Shown: positions 9,785 to 19,862 of the stretch, one piece after another | How the letters are laid out: every line of letters starts with the position of its first letter | How positions within the stretch are numbered: the stretch's first letter is position 1 | From: a virus | Lineage: Duplodnaviria > Caudoviricetes | IMG/VR virus record: IMGVR_UViG_3300037249_001405 | Span: 1-64,000 of that record | DNA length: 64,000 bases | Reading direction: 5' to 3' (one strand) | Notes under the pieces: generated by a model | The model's input: the letters and a program-made list of their open reading frames with translations, nothing else | Told to the model about the DNA's origin: nothing | Database searches by the model: none | Position numbers and translations under genes: made by a program

Positions 9785-10889
9785 TTTCATAACAAAAACA
9801 TCCTCTGGTATTTCAATTGAGTTTGCACCTTGGACGGATGACGGTAAGTTCTTAATTACTACGTTACATATGAAAGAGGAACTTGGAGGTGAAATTGCTA
9901 GAGGTAGTATTGATTTAAGGTTTGATGCAACGGATGAAACTGCATTGAAATATATAACAGAACAAAATACAGGGATACTGAGACTAAGAGATGAGAAGGA
10001 AAATGGTTTAAGCTATGAGATTCCTGTATGTATTTATTCAAGAAATCATATATTAGATTCTATTCACTTAGAGCTACTTTGCATTCCTTCGCTTGAATTT
10101 TCTACAAAGAAAAATACTGTAGTGTTCGATGATATAAATCAAGCTATCGAGAAGTTATACCCAGGTAAAAGAGATATTAGAGTAAGTCCAGACAGTGGAG
10201 TAGACGGTATTAAAGAGGTTCAACGTTGTAGAAGTGATTATGATTTCTGTAATTATTTATGCAAATCATTCAAGAAAGAATCAGTATTTAGTTTTGGTTG
10301 GGAAGGTTTAATGCTTAAGGATAGACTTGGGGTTAATTCCTTTGGTAATGAAGAACCTGACAAAAAAATGTTATTACTGAATGGTACTCAATTTACTGTA
10401 ATTAGTTCTCAAAAAATGACTTATAATAGTAATTTAACTGATGAAAGAAAACCATTTTTCCCGTTTGAGAATTCTGAGATATCATTAACTTCAGATGATT
10501 ATAGTGATCGTGAACCAAAAAATGTAACCTCATTAATGTTTGGCGAGGAGTACCACATAGTTGGCAGAGAATATGCTGCTCACTTGGAAAATTGGAAGCA
10601 GAATAGTAAATTACTTGACTCTAATTTATATTATACAGTAAAAATAAAAGGAGTAGATATGCCTTTTTATAAAATAGGTGATGTAATTAAATTAGATAGA
10701 ATGGCGATAACAGAGGGAGATAAAGAATCATCCAACCCGTTTAAAAACTATATAGTTAAATCAAACGAAGTATTCTATGCTGATGACAATACTAAATACG
10801 TAGATGAGAATGGATTTAAATTCTCTTGGACATCATTATTAATAGGTTTAGATAAGGGTGATTGGTGTGAAATAAAAAAGGAAAGCTAA
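9777..10889 (+). CDS. Putative baseplate hub protein (gp27/gpD-like)
   Basis: 370 aa beta-rich; Q-x-x-x-SDYDFCNYL and VKIKGVDMPFYKIGDVIKL...YIVKS patterns typical of hub/late-control D proteins. Confidence 0.5.
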   Translation: MASFITKTSSGISIEFAPWTDDGKFLITTLHMKEELGGEIARGSIDLRFDATDETALKYITEQNTGILRLRDEKENGLSYEIPVCIYSRNHILDSIHLELLCIPSLEFSTKKNTVVFDDINQAIEKLYPGKRDIRVSPDSGVDGIKEVQRCRSDYDFCNYLCKSFKKESVFSFGWEGLMLKDRLGVNSFGNEEPDKKMLLLNGTQFTVISSQKMTYNSNLTDERKPFFPFENSEISLTSDDYSDREPKNVTSLMFGEEYHIVGREYAAHLENWKQNSKLLDSNLYYTVKIKGVDMPFYKIGDVIKLDRMAITEGDKESSNPFKNYIVKSNEVFYADDNTKYVDENGFKFSWTSLLIGLDKGDWCEIKKES

Positions 10890-10917
10890 AAAGCTTTCCT
10901 TTTATTTTTTTTTTTTA
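10875..10917. terminator. Bidirectional terminator between convergent genes
   Basis: AAAAAAGGAAAGCT-AAA-AGCTTTCCTTTT with flanking A/T runs. Confidence 0.75.
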
Positions 10918-11304
10918 TGATGCAAGAACTATTGGTTTGAATCTTTCTGCTATACCTGCTCTAGTTAAAAGGGCTGAACAGTTGGAATAAACACATTTTT
11001 TGTTGTAATATTGCAACACTAAACCACCTTGATCCCAAAAGTCAATCCTTTTTAGCTCTGGTATAAAGATAAAATAACCGAATATAATCTTATTTACATC
11101 ATCACCATGAAACTTCACTCTATAAATTCTCTCTCCTTGTGCTACGTCGATAGTTATACGATCTTCTGGTAATGTTAAAAGAAGTTTAGCTTTATCAACC
11201 ATAGACTTGATCTTTTTTACTTCTTGAAACTTACCCTTATAAAAATCTACCTTATCAACTACAGAAGAGAATCTTGAATTATCATAAACACTTGTTGGTA
11301 ACAT
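10915..11304 (-). CDS. Hypothetical protein
   Basis: 129-aa ORF tightly coupled to the tail genes. Confidence 0.6.
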   Translation of the reverse strand: MLPTSVYDNSRFSSVVDKVDFYKGKFQEVKKIKSMVDKAKLLLTLPEDRITIDVAQGERIYRVKFHGDDVNKIIFGYFIFIPELKRIDFWDQGGLVLQYYNKKCVYSNCSALLTRAGIAERFKPIVLAS

Positions 11305-11306
11305 TT

Positions 11307-12758
11307 TTATGCTATTACACCTCCATTTCCATAATCTAACTGTCCTTCATTCTCAAAGCCGAATTTGAGGGAATCGATTTGAGTCCTTTCATCATTCTGA
11401 TTTCTAATACGATCCATCATTGATTGTAGTGGGTCGTAAGCATCCTTAGCTAGATCAGCCTCTATAGCATTAGTGGTTGTATTAGGTTCTGGAGAGTTAT
11501 CAACTATTAAATCATTTCTAATAAACATAGGATTGTAATTCCCCTTTGGATTATCATTAGGAGAATCAACTCCGGGTAATAGATAACCCTTTCCTTGTTC
11601 ATTTCCAACACTAGCGTATTCTTCCATTCCTTCTCTCAAATTCTCTAACAACTTATCTGATATCATCTTCCTTTCAGCATTCATACCAGCACCTTCAACA
11701 ATATTCATTAATGTTCTATCTGAATATCTGGTACATGGTCTGAGTGAAAGTGTTACCTCACAGCTTAAAGGTGTTAAATAATCAGAACCACTAACGTCTC
11801 CAGTAGGGTTCATTAGTTTCTCGTGGCTAACTCTAGGGTTTTTAACCATTTGTTTAGAAAATACTAGCTGAGCTGCTTCAACTACTACATTACAAATTGA
11901 ATAGTTTCCACCTATTTTTAATTTCAGTGAACCTTTTTGTGTAGCGTCTAATTGTGACATATCAGCTTGATAGCCCGCTGGTGGACGTTGCCATGTAATA
12001 CGACTTCTTAATTGAGTATCACTAACAACCTCTTTATCAATTGGAACAAATTCACCAAAGAAATAATGATAGAGATCCTTTAACTGATCTGTTACAGATA
12101 TAAAAATACCTGTTTCAGGATCCCATTTAGGAATAACTACAAATTTCATAGACATATTATTGAAGTTAATATTAGATCCTTGATACACAGAGAATCTACT
12201 ACCTTCAACTAATATAGCACTATTTAAATATTTAGCTAACCTTGCTTCACCTCCATCACCTACTACAGTCTTATTTAGCCAACTTATCATTGGTTGAAGA
12301 ATTTGACCAGCAATGGTTCCCTCTAATTCTTGTTTATCTTTTGCCGAAAGATTCTCATATTGGGTTTCCATTGTTTTCAAACCTTCTGTTATAGATCCGG
12401 CAAAAGGGGCTAAATTAACCCTAAGTGAATTAAGGAACCTACCAGCATTATCCTCACCCATATCTGTCCATTGGTTCTGTACAGTAATTTGGAAGTCCTC
12501 CTGTAAAACACAGGTACAGATTGGTTCTACGTAGTAGCCATCCTCATCATAATCCGGATTGCCACCATCATCACGGTTTGAATCTGTACCTGGTTCTCTC
12601 ATCTTTTCGTCTGTAGCTGCAGCTCCTGTTTTTGGAGAATAACCCCAATCATCTGCTTTTTTATAGTATGAATTTGCATGGAGGGATACTGTGGTAAGTC
12701 TATTTATTCCTTTCCAATCCTGGTGTAAATCATAATACCATCCACTTAAATTACTCAT
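11307..12758 (-). CDS. Baseplate tail-tube initiator (gp48/gp54-like)
   Basis: Tube-fold patterns: MSMKFVVIPK, CNVVVEAAQLVFS, PLSCEVTLSLRP; follows the tape measure gene. Confidence 0.5.
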   Translation of the reverse strand: MSNLSGWYYDLHQDWKGINRLTTVSLHANSYYKKADDWGYSPKTGAAATDEKMREPGTDSNRDDGGNPDYDEDGYYVEPICTCVLQEDFQITVQNQWTDMGEDNAGRFLNSLRVNLAPFAGSITEGLKTMETQYENLSAKDKQELEGTIAGQILQPMISWLNKTVVGDGGEARLAKYLNSAILVEGSRFSVYQGSNINFNNMSMKFVVIPKWDPETGIFISVTDQLKDLYHYFFGEFVPIDKEVVSDTQLRSRITWQRPPAGYQADMSQLDATQKGSLKLKIGGNYSICNVVVEAAQLVFSKQMVKNPRVSHEKLMNPTGDVSGSDYLTPLSCEVTLSLRPCTRYSDRTLMNIVEGAGMNAERKMISDKLLENLREGMEEYASVGNEQGKGYLLPGVDSPNDNPKGNYNPMFIRNDLIVDNSPEPNTTTNAIEADLAKDAYDPLQSMMDRIRNQNDERTQIDSLKFGFENEGQLDYGNGGVIA

Positions 12759-12763
12759 AATTT

Positions 12764-15700
12764 TTAAATTGTATTAGTACCTCCATTATCTGAAGTTAAT
12801 GTTTGAACTACTTGTACTTGATCTGGTGCTGCGCATTGACCATTTGCAGCTTGTTGAGTCAAAGCATTGTTTAAATCGAGTGATTTAACAGTAGTCTCAC
12901 CCACAAGAACAGCAGTCTTATTACCAACATCGAGTAAGTTCTTAATTTCATACAAACTATCCTCCATGTTTTGGGTACTATCGGCTGTCTGTTGTATTGG
13001 GTTCTTTCCTGATTTCTGGATATCCTTGTTTAAACTTACCCAATCCCAGAGTGGAGAGGTTGATTTGTTGTAAGTAACATTACTTTCACTGACAACATTA
13101 TTATTATTACCACCCTCATTGGTTACTTCTGAATTGGTAGTAGTGCTTGTACTATTCTTTGTAATAACCTGTTCTGCTTCACCACCAACTTCACTAGCTG
13201 TCTTTAAATTTTCGTCACCTGTTCCTCTAACAAATTCACCGATATGAATAGCAGAAGGATCAGCACCAACCATATCAAATACTTTATTCCTCCATTGAAG
13301 TTCCGTTAATGGCTGACCGTCTGGGCCCAAACCTATTTTTCCTGGATTATTTTTATAGTTTTGGTAATTAACAAACTCTTTTGTAATATTTCCGGTATAT
13401 GATCTAGAACTTTCTCGGAAAGAAACAGATTTATTACGGTATTTACCAAAAAAGTTATTCCAGATTTCACCAGCTTTTGTTTTAGCTTCACTTAATGTCT
13501 CTTTTACAGGATTAAATAAATCCTGGAAATTACCGGTCATTAAGTTCGTAGCCATTTCCTTCAGCTTATTCCAAATTCTAGTAACAATACCTTCTTCCTC
13601 TTCCGATTTATTCTCATCATCAGATGATTCACCTTCTCCAGAAGGTGCCATGTCGAGATCGCCGCCCTTATATCGATCTACTTTGGAAGGATCAGCGTCA
13701 TCCAAGTAAACAACTTTTTTGTCAGATGACATGTAAAGAGTTCTGTTCTTAATATTACTTGTATCTGAATCACAGAATACAAACAGAGGATCTACGGCTC
13801 CTTTTGTAGTAGATAGAGTAAATCCTTCATAACCAGAAACAATTCCAGGTAAATCACCGTCTAGCGGTCCATCGAACGGACCACCTCCTTCATGATCGAG
13901 GATATTAACGTGAAAGTGAGGTCCGTAACTATCTTCTTTAGTTCCAGAACCACCCATTCTACCTAACTCTTTACCCTTCTCAAACATTGTCCCGTTAGCG
14001 AAAGCATCTTTGGCATATTGAGAAACACTGCTCAAGTGACAAACGAATACACTGTACCTACCTCCTGTAGTTGATCCTTCTTTCTTTTGTCTAATCATTA
14101 CCTGACGTCCGGATCCGCTATCTCCGTTTGTAAAACCTTTCTTATAATCTTTTAAGTGAGTAATATATCCATTAAAAGGGGCATAGAAAGGTGTACCTAT
14201 ACCAGCTACTTGTTTATCATTTACATAGATACCACTGATATCTTGACCAGAGTGAACTCTATCGTATAATCCTGCTATACCTAGTCGTTGGTTCTCCTCA
14301 GAATCAGTGTGGGGATCCCAAACATTGATCTTAGCAGCTTTATCACTATCTGTTCTATGACTCAATCTACCAGCACCGAAACGACCATCTGCACCTTTGA
14401 CCATAAAATCTGTTCTAACAGAAGGGTTGTTATTTAGACAGTGCCATAATAGAAGTCCGTCTTTCTCCTTTACAATATAACCATACGGCCATCTAGCCAT
14501 AGATACTTTAGTATAATCCAGGTTTCTTAGAAAACCATTAACAACATCCTTTGCATTTTTGAATAAATTGCCGAACCAGGATTTAGCTTCTTCTGAATAT
14601 TCATCAAATGTGTCCATAACGCCCTGGAGTTTACCCTTTACTCCATCTATTATAGACATTGCTTTATTTGTAACTGCATTCTCTCTCAAATCCTGTTCAT
14701 ACTGTTGATCTTTGGCATCCCACTCAGACTTGAAATTTCCGTAATTATCTAGGATTTCATTTACTTCTCCACCACTTCTAGAGTAGCTCATACGAAGCAT
14801 TGGATCTTTAGCGGAAGCTACAGTTCTCTTATAGTCATCCGTAGCATACTCATTAGCTAAGTGTAAATCTTGAGCTTTTGTAGCTACAGCACTAGCTCGA
14901 CTATTCATTAACTTAGAAAATGCCTCTAATACTTTAGCTTTCCTTTTCTCACCAATCATTACATCAATGTTATCCAAGAATGTTCTAAAGTAAGAAACCA
15001 AATTATAAATGTGTTTAATAGCTTCCTGTTTATGAGCGGTTAGTAACTCATATCTTTCAACCGTATGTTTATAAGTATCATTATCAACTTTACCATAAAG
15101 ACTCTGTGGGTTCTTAGGCATAGTTTTTAGGATATTGTCTACTAATTTTTGACCATATCCTTCAGGATCTTTTAATAATTCTTCGAAATTGATTTCAGTT
15201 ATTCCGCCAATTCCACCATGTCTGTCATCACCCTCTAGTCCCCTACTATAGATGTTCGAGAATAGACTTACCCAATGTTTCTTTAGACCAGTGTTACTAG
15301 ATAATGTTGATAAGATATCATTACCAGCATTAAAGTTCATATTAAGTAGGGAGTTATATACTTCCCTAATTTTTTCCGGACTTTCATTCTTTAAGCTGGT
15401 GTATAATTGTTCTATATTATGTACATTACCCTCTGAATCAGTAGCCTGAAGTGTATTACTTATTGTTTTATTACCTCTCCAATTACTACTTAATCCTGTA
15501 ATCGCTGTAGAGAATTTTTCGCCTTTTCCGCTCTTTTCAGAAATAGAATAGAAATCTTCAAGTGACTTGTCCTTTTCAATCATACTGGTAAGATCAGTCA
15601 TTGATTCTTCATAGGCTTGATCCATAATACCACCGTAGTGATACGTATCACCGGTATAACTGTCATGAACTGCTTTTCCCATTACGGATTCCTCAAATTC

Positions 15701-18112
15701 TCTATTTCCAGCGTCTCTTTCATCTCTATACTTCTTCTCGTTTATGAATTGGGCGTAATCCTTATCAGCTCCAATATAGTATCCAGTATTTTTGAGTACG
15801 GATGCTTCTTCAGCACTTAAGTGAACTGTTCTTTTTGTTCCATCGGATGTAGTGTATGTTTTATCAGTTTCACTAGCAGATAATTCCTTATTGTTTTTTG
15901 CATATTTCATTGCTAGTGAGTTTTGTACTTGATCATAGTACTCTGTACTAGTCATGTCTATTCCACTAGTTATACCTCCCTTAGCATTAATAAAATCCAA
16001 AACATCTTGGGAAATCTCCGTTACATACTCTTTCTTTGCTAATAATACATCACTACTCTTTTGTTGTTCCTTGGATACTAATACCTTTCTCTTTTCGGTT
16101 CCTAAACCGGGTTTATCCGGATCTTTTTCAAATAAGTCTAGGATCCAGAGAAATACCGGTTTGTGGAGGTGCGTAGCTAAGAATTTTATGATCTTAAATG
16201 CCTTCGCTCCAAATTTCTTTAGAGGAATGTATATAGACTTAAGATCCATTTCGCTATCATATTTACCTGTACATAACCTGTAAATAAGATCAGCTAATTC
16301 GGCTAGTCCAGCAAACCCTGGACCTAAAATTCTGGTTAGAAAACTAACTACATTACTCTTTTCTCCAAAAAGGCCAGCATCAAGGTATTCCTTAAGTTCC
16401 TTTTCCTCTTCTCTACCTATGAAACCATAATAATCGTCATCATCCTGTACATCAACATCACGAACTGCGTAGTTGTACTCTACATTTCTCTTAAGCTTTC
16501 CTTGTTTTTCTAACTCCTGTATTTCAGATTCAGATAAGTAAGCTCTCAAGAAGTCGTTGGTTACGGCAGTCTTTCCACCATTAGCCGCTATGTCGTCAGA
16601 TAGTCTGGCCATACCTGCTGCATAGCGTTCAGTATCTATTCTCCTACCGCTAATAGCATCTTCATGTACCATAGTAAGGTCAGAGCTTTGTGATATTGAA
16701 CCCTCAGCATCCGTATGCCTCAAATTACCATCTTTATCAAGAGCACCAAGAGAAAGACCCCTTTGACTATCTTCACCCTGGAAATATGCACCAACACCCT
16801 GTTTTACGTCTGATATTTTCCTACCACCAATATCAACTTCATCAAACTTCTCACCAGTGCTATTATTATCTATATAACTCCAAGCTTTTTGTGCGGCCGA
16901 TATACTTATCTTAGACTTCATCATACTTCTAACGGCTTCATCAGGATCGCCTAGAAATATTCCTAATAATTGGCCTAGATAATCTCCAAGATTTCTAATA
17001 GAACCTTCAATATTACCAAGATTAAAGTCTGGCTTCTCTATCATTTTAGCAGCAGCCATTCTTTTTTTACCTTGATTAACAAAGAATTCCTTTATTAGTT
17101 CTATTAAACCTTTATCTTTACCACCTTCTTCTACGTTTCCAAGTAATACCTTTCTTAGGCCTCCAATCATTCCGTTCTCTCCGCCTAATACTCCTTCACT
17201 TGTAATTTTACCTCCTCTTGTTATTCCTGTTTTTCCCCATAGAGTAGAAGGTTCCCAGATACCTGTGAATAAACCTTTCAAGTCCATTGCTAACTGGCTC
17301 TTTCCTGGCTCAAAACAGAAATTACCACTACCGTCTTTGTTTCTTTTATATAATCCAAAATAGGTTAAACCGCTCTTAATTGAGTTCTCAATATTAGCTA
17401 CAGTCTTTAATATTTTAGTCCAGTTAGAGGCAAGATATTGAAAACCAAAGATAAAAAGTAAAGATTTTATTTGGCTTGTTGCTGTAGATCCGATTTTTCT
17501 TGGATCCATTTTTTCCATCATATCTTTACTAAATTCTCCTAGCTTTCTTAACATTTTGTTAGAATCTCTTTCTAACGCATTTTCTCTTTTATCATAGTCT
17601 TTCTCCCTTCTGGCGTATTCCTCCTGTTGTCTAGCTAATGTATTATTTAACCATATTTTAAATTTCTCATTACTATTATCCCTCTGAGGCCTAATTACCT
17701 GTTGTTGTGCTGGGGGAGTAGTAACTTGATTGTTGGTTGTATTTGTTGTGTTATTATTAATAGTTATATTTTGCTTAGTAACCTGTTGTGAATGTGTAGT
17801 TTTTGTGACAGTACCAGGTTTACTAGCTCCATACTTTTGTAATATTTGCTGAGTAGTAGGATTAACTGCTACCTGTTGTGTCTGAGGACTACCTGCTGCT
17901 TGACTTAAAGCTTCACCAGCAGCGGCTAAATTCTGATTATTCTGGAATTGAGCTAAGTTAGCTGTTTTAGCTGTTCTTAGATTTTGTTGTTGGGCTGCTT
18001 GAATTGCCAAGAGCTGTTTTTCAGCATCTTGGTAATTCTGCAACTCTTTTCCTTTTTCAGGATTTCTTCCATATATCTCCTCAGTTTTTACATTTAAGCT
18101 TTTTTCTGCCAT
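12764..18112 (-). CDS. Tape measure / tail-associated protein with M23 peptidase domain
   Basis: 1782 aa, helical/coiled-coil N-terminal half; M23 signature YAPFNGYI...GRQVMIRQ...CHLS...GKELGRMGGSG...GPHFH at about 13900-14200; lies downstream of the tube and chaperone genes. Confidence 0.7.
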   Translation of the reverse strand: MAEKSLNVKTEEIYGRNPEKGKELQNYQDAEKQLLAIQAAQQQNLRTAKTANLAQFQNNQNLAAAGEALSQAAGSPQTQQVAVNPTTQQILQKYGASKPGTVTKTTHSQQVTKQNITINNNTTNTTNNQVTTPPAQQQVIRPQRDNSNEKFKIWLNNTLARQQEEYARREKDYDKRENALERDSNKMLRKLGEFSKDMMEKMDPRKIGSTATSQIKSLLFIFGFQYLASNWTKILKTVANIENSIKSGLTYFGLYKRNKDGSGNFCFEPGKSQLAMDLKGLFTGIWEPSTLWGKTGITRGGKITSEGVLGGENGMIGGLRKVLLGNVEEGGKDKGLIELIKEFFVNQGKKRMAAAKMIEKPDFNLGNIEGSIRNLGDYLGQLLGIFLGDPDEAVRSMMKSKISISAAQKAWSYIDNNSTGEKFDEVDIGGRKISDVKQGVGAYFQGEDSQRGLSLGALDKDGNLRHTDAEGSISQSSDLTMVHEDAISGRRIDTERYAAGMARLSDDIAANGGKTAVTNDFLRAYLSESEIQELEKQGKLKRNVEYNYAVRDVDVQDDDDYYGFIGREEEKELKEYLDAGLFGEKSNVVSFLTRILGPGFAGLAELADLIYRLCTGKYDSEMDLKSIYIPLKKFGAKAFKIIKFLATHLHKPVFLWILDLFEKDPDKPGLGTEKRKVLVSKEQQKSSDVLLAKKEYVTEISQDVLDFINAKGGITSGIDMTSTEYYDQVQNSLAMKYAKNNKELSASETDKTYTTSDGTKRTVHLSAEEASVLKNTGYYIGADKDYAQFINEKKYRDERDAGNREFEESVMGKAVHDSYTGDTYHYGGIMDQAYEESMTDLTSMIEKDKSLEDFYSISEKSGKGEKFSTAITGLSSNWRGNKTISNTLQATDSEGNVHNIEQLYTSLKNESPEKIREVYNSLLNMNFNAGNDILSTLSSNTGLKKHWVSLFSNIYSRGLEGDDRHGGIGGITEINFEELLKDPEGYGQKLVDNILKTMPKNPQSLYGKVDNDTYKHTVERYELLTAHKQEAIKHIYNLVSYFRTFLDNIDVMIGEKRKAKVLEAFSKLMNSRASAVATKAQDLHLANEYATDDYKRTVASAKDPMLRMSYSRSGGEVNEILDNYGNFKSEWDAKDQQYEQDLRENAVTNKAMSIIDGVKGKLQGVMDTFDEYSEEAKSWFGNLFKNAKDVVNGFLRNLDYTKVSMARWPYGYIVKEKDGLLLWHCLNNNPSVRTDFMVKGADGRFGAGRLSHRTDSDKAAKINVWDPHTDSEENQRLGIAGLYDRVHSGQDISGIYVNDKQVAGIGTPFYAPFNGYITHLKDYKKGFTNGDSGSGRQVMIRQKKEGSTTGGRYSVFVCHLSSVSQYAKDAFANGTMFEKGKELGRMGGSGTKEDSYGPHFHVNILDHEGGGPFDGPLDGDLPGIVSGYEGFTLSTTKGAVDPLFVFCDSDTSNIKNRTLYMSSDKKVVYLDDADPSKVDRYKGGDLDMAPSGEGESSDDENKSEEEEGIVTRIWNKLKEMATNLMTGNFQDLFNPVKETLSEAKTKAGEIWNNFFGKYRNKSVSFRESSRSYTGNITKEFVNYQNYKNNPGKIGLGPDGQPLTELQWRNKVFDMVGADPSAIHIGEFVRGTGDENLKTASEVGGEAEQVITKNSTSTTTNSEVTNEGGNNNNVVSESNVTYNKSTSPLWDWVSLNKDIQKSGKNPIQQTADSTQNMEDSLYEIKNLLDVGNKTAVLVGETTVKSLDLNNALTQQAANGQCAAPDQVQVVQTLTSDNGGTNTI

Positions 18113-18123
18113 TTTAAATTAGA

Positions 18124-18480
18124 TTAACTAACTTCTCGTTTAACTTTTTCTAAATAATCTCTGTTCTCCTTCATCTCCTGCTTACTGATACTCTGCCCAA
18201 ACCTATCAGTAACAAGATCCGCAGAACCGTCATCATCATCCAGAATACTATGAATATTTTTACCTTTAATCTTTTTACCTTTAGTGTTAAAGCTAATCAG
18301 AGGGAAATCGGGGTCGCCTCCATCTGAATCTTCTATGAATTCTGAATATGCTTCTTTGAGTTTTAGTAACGTATCGAGAGTGTAGTTTTCTATTCCATCA
18401 GCCTTTAAAAATTTATTTAAATAAAATTTTAGACCCATCAATTGGGGAATTGTTACAAAGTTCTCGAAAGAAATCGACAA
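18124..18480 (-). CDS. Tail assembly chaperone second ORF (gp51/GT-like), probably a frameshift extension
   Basis: Overlaps the upstream ORF by 68 nt in the +1 frame; annotated start is TTG; lies between chaperone and tape measure. Confidence 0.55.
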   Translation of the reverse strand: MSISFENFVTIPQLMGLKFYLNKFLKADGIENYTLDTLLKLKEAYSEFIEDSDGGDPDFPLISFNTKGKKIKGKNIHSILDDDDGSADLVTDRFGQSISKQEMKENRDYLEKVKREVS

Positions 18481-19183
18481 TAAGAGAGTCTACTCTTACT
18501 GCCAGGTTCTTCCTCCTTTTTCCCCCATTACCATCATCCTCAAAACTATTACAATTTGGGCAGTATATTTCAATAGGCTCTACTCTATCATAATATAATT
18601 CTCTCAATGCTAAAAGAAGTGTAATATCATTATGAGTAGCACCTAATACATCATTTTCTATTTGATTACCATTAAGATTGAAATCACCAATCATAGCGAT
18701 TGTTTTAATCATCTTAAGGTCAGATATCTTTTTATACCTTAAATACAAATCAAACACTTTCTTAAAATTCCTCATTGTCGGAACAACTACGTCATATTTA
18801 TGTCCATTGAGCTCTATGACTGCTCCGTTCATGATCTCTTTATCTATCTGTTTGAAATGTATATCATTATTTAGTGTAATGGTTTTCTGAATTACTTTAC
18901 CACAATCAGGACAAGTGATTTTCAAACTATAAGACATGTCTGCACTTACTGTTATCAATTTTTTATAAAAGATCAAGAAATCCACATCCATTACATAACA
19001 ATCCATTATATTCTCATCCTCTCTAACTAAATTATTTACATCATAAAGATATTTATCCAGAGGATCAGAAGGTAAATTCTCTAAATATTGTGTAATCTGT
19101 AAGAAAGTCATTGGACTTACAGATACTGTGGGGAAATTATAACCGTAACCCCCACTTGGTAAACTTGCTGTTGAAATATCCAT
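18413..19183 (-). CDS. Baseplate hub assembly / tail chaperone (T4 gp26-like)
   Basis: N-terminal LPSGG, two CxxC motifs (CPDC, CPNC), DFF near the end; between tail tube and tape measure. Confidence 0.65.
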   Translation of the reverse strand: MDISTASLPSGGYGYNFPTVSVSPMTFLQITQYLENLPSDPLDKYLYDVNNLVREDENIMDCYVMDVDFLIFYKKLITVSADMSYSLKITCPDCGKVIQKTITLNNDIHFKQIDKEIMNGAVIELNGHKYDVVVPTMRNFKKVFDLYLRYKKISDLKMIKTIAMIGDFNLNGNQIENDVLGATHNDITLLLALRELYYDRVEPIEIYCPNCNSFEDDGNGGKRRKNLAVRVDSLIVDFFRELCNNSPIDGSKILFK

Positions 19184-19204
19184 AATATATTTAATTTTTT
19201 AAAT

Positions 19205-19242
19205 AAAAAAGGGAAAATCGGAGACAGCCCCGTTTTCCCTTA
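19205..19242 (-). terminator. Terminator after tail tube gene
   Basis: AAGGGAAAA...TTTTCCCTT hairpin preceded by an A-run (U-tail on the minus strand). Confidence 0.6.
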
Positions 19243-19251
19243 AATTTTCTC

Positions 19252-19842
19252 TTAGAGGTTATTCCACTCTCTTTCATAGTGCTCAAAGTTCATTGATAGC
19301 TGAACATCTGATCTATCGCTACCATCAGCATCTACACCACTTTCATCGAGCGGAGCATCCTGAATAATGCAGTTATAGAACTTAAGTGTTCTAACAGCTA
19401 TACGAGATGAGTTAGTAAGTACCATCTGAGCATCAGCCACTAAGTCATCCTTACGGAAAGAATACTTAGTATCCCTATCCGAGATCTTCTGTTTCCAGTC
19501 ATCTACGAAGTAGGAAATAGCCTGATCCTCCTTATCAACAAAGCTCAAAGTCAAAGAACCAGAAGTACTCTGACCAGTCTTTTGGAAGATAACGTAATTA
19601 CCTCTCATTCTCTTCTCAAAACCGTTTACACTAGAATCGGTTCCGACGTTAACCGTATTTAATCTTTTCTTAAAGATAGCATCACCCGGATAATAAACAA
19701 TTTTAGGTGGATTAATGAAGGAGAACTCCCACATATCACCCCTCAAGAATTCTTTATTATCGTCCTTATACGAATTCGTATAATCGATAAAATTCATATA
19801 TCCGCCGCTACCTCTAACTAAATCGGATACTTTTGTTGCCAT
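19252..19842 (-). CDS. Tail tube protein (gp19-like)
   Basis: 196 aa; WEFSF, GSLTLSFVD, W-x-x-x-I, LKFYNCII, VQLSMNFEHY tube-fold pattern. Confidence 0.75.
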   Translation of the reverse strand: MATKVSDLVRGSGGYMNFIDYTNSYKDDNKEFLRGDMWEFSFINPPKIVYYPGDAIFKKRLNTVNVGTDSSVNGFEKRMRGNYVIFQKTGQSTSGSLTLSFVDKEDQAISYFVDDWKQKISDRDTKYSFRKDDLVADAQMVLTNSSRIAVRTLKFYNCIIQDAPLDESGVDADGSDRSDVQLSMNFEHYEREWNNL

Positions 19843-19862
19843 TTATCTTAAAAAATTTATAA

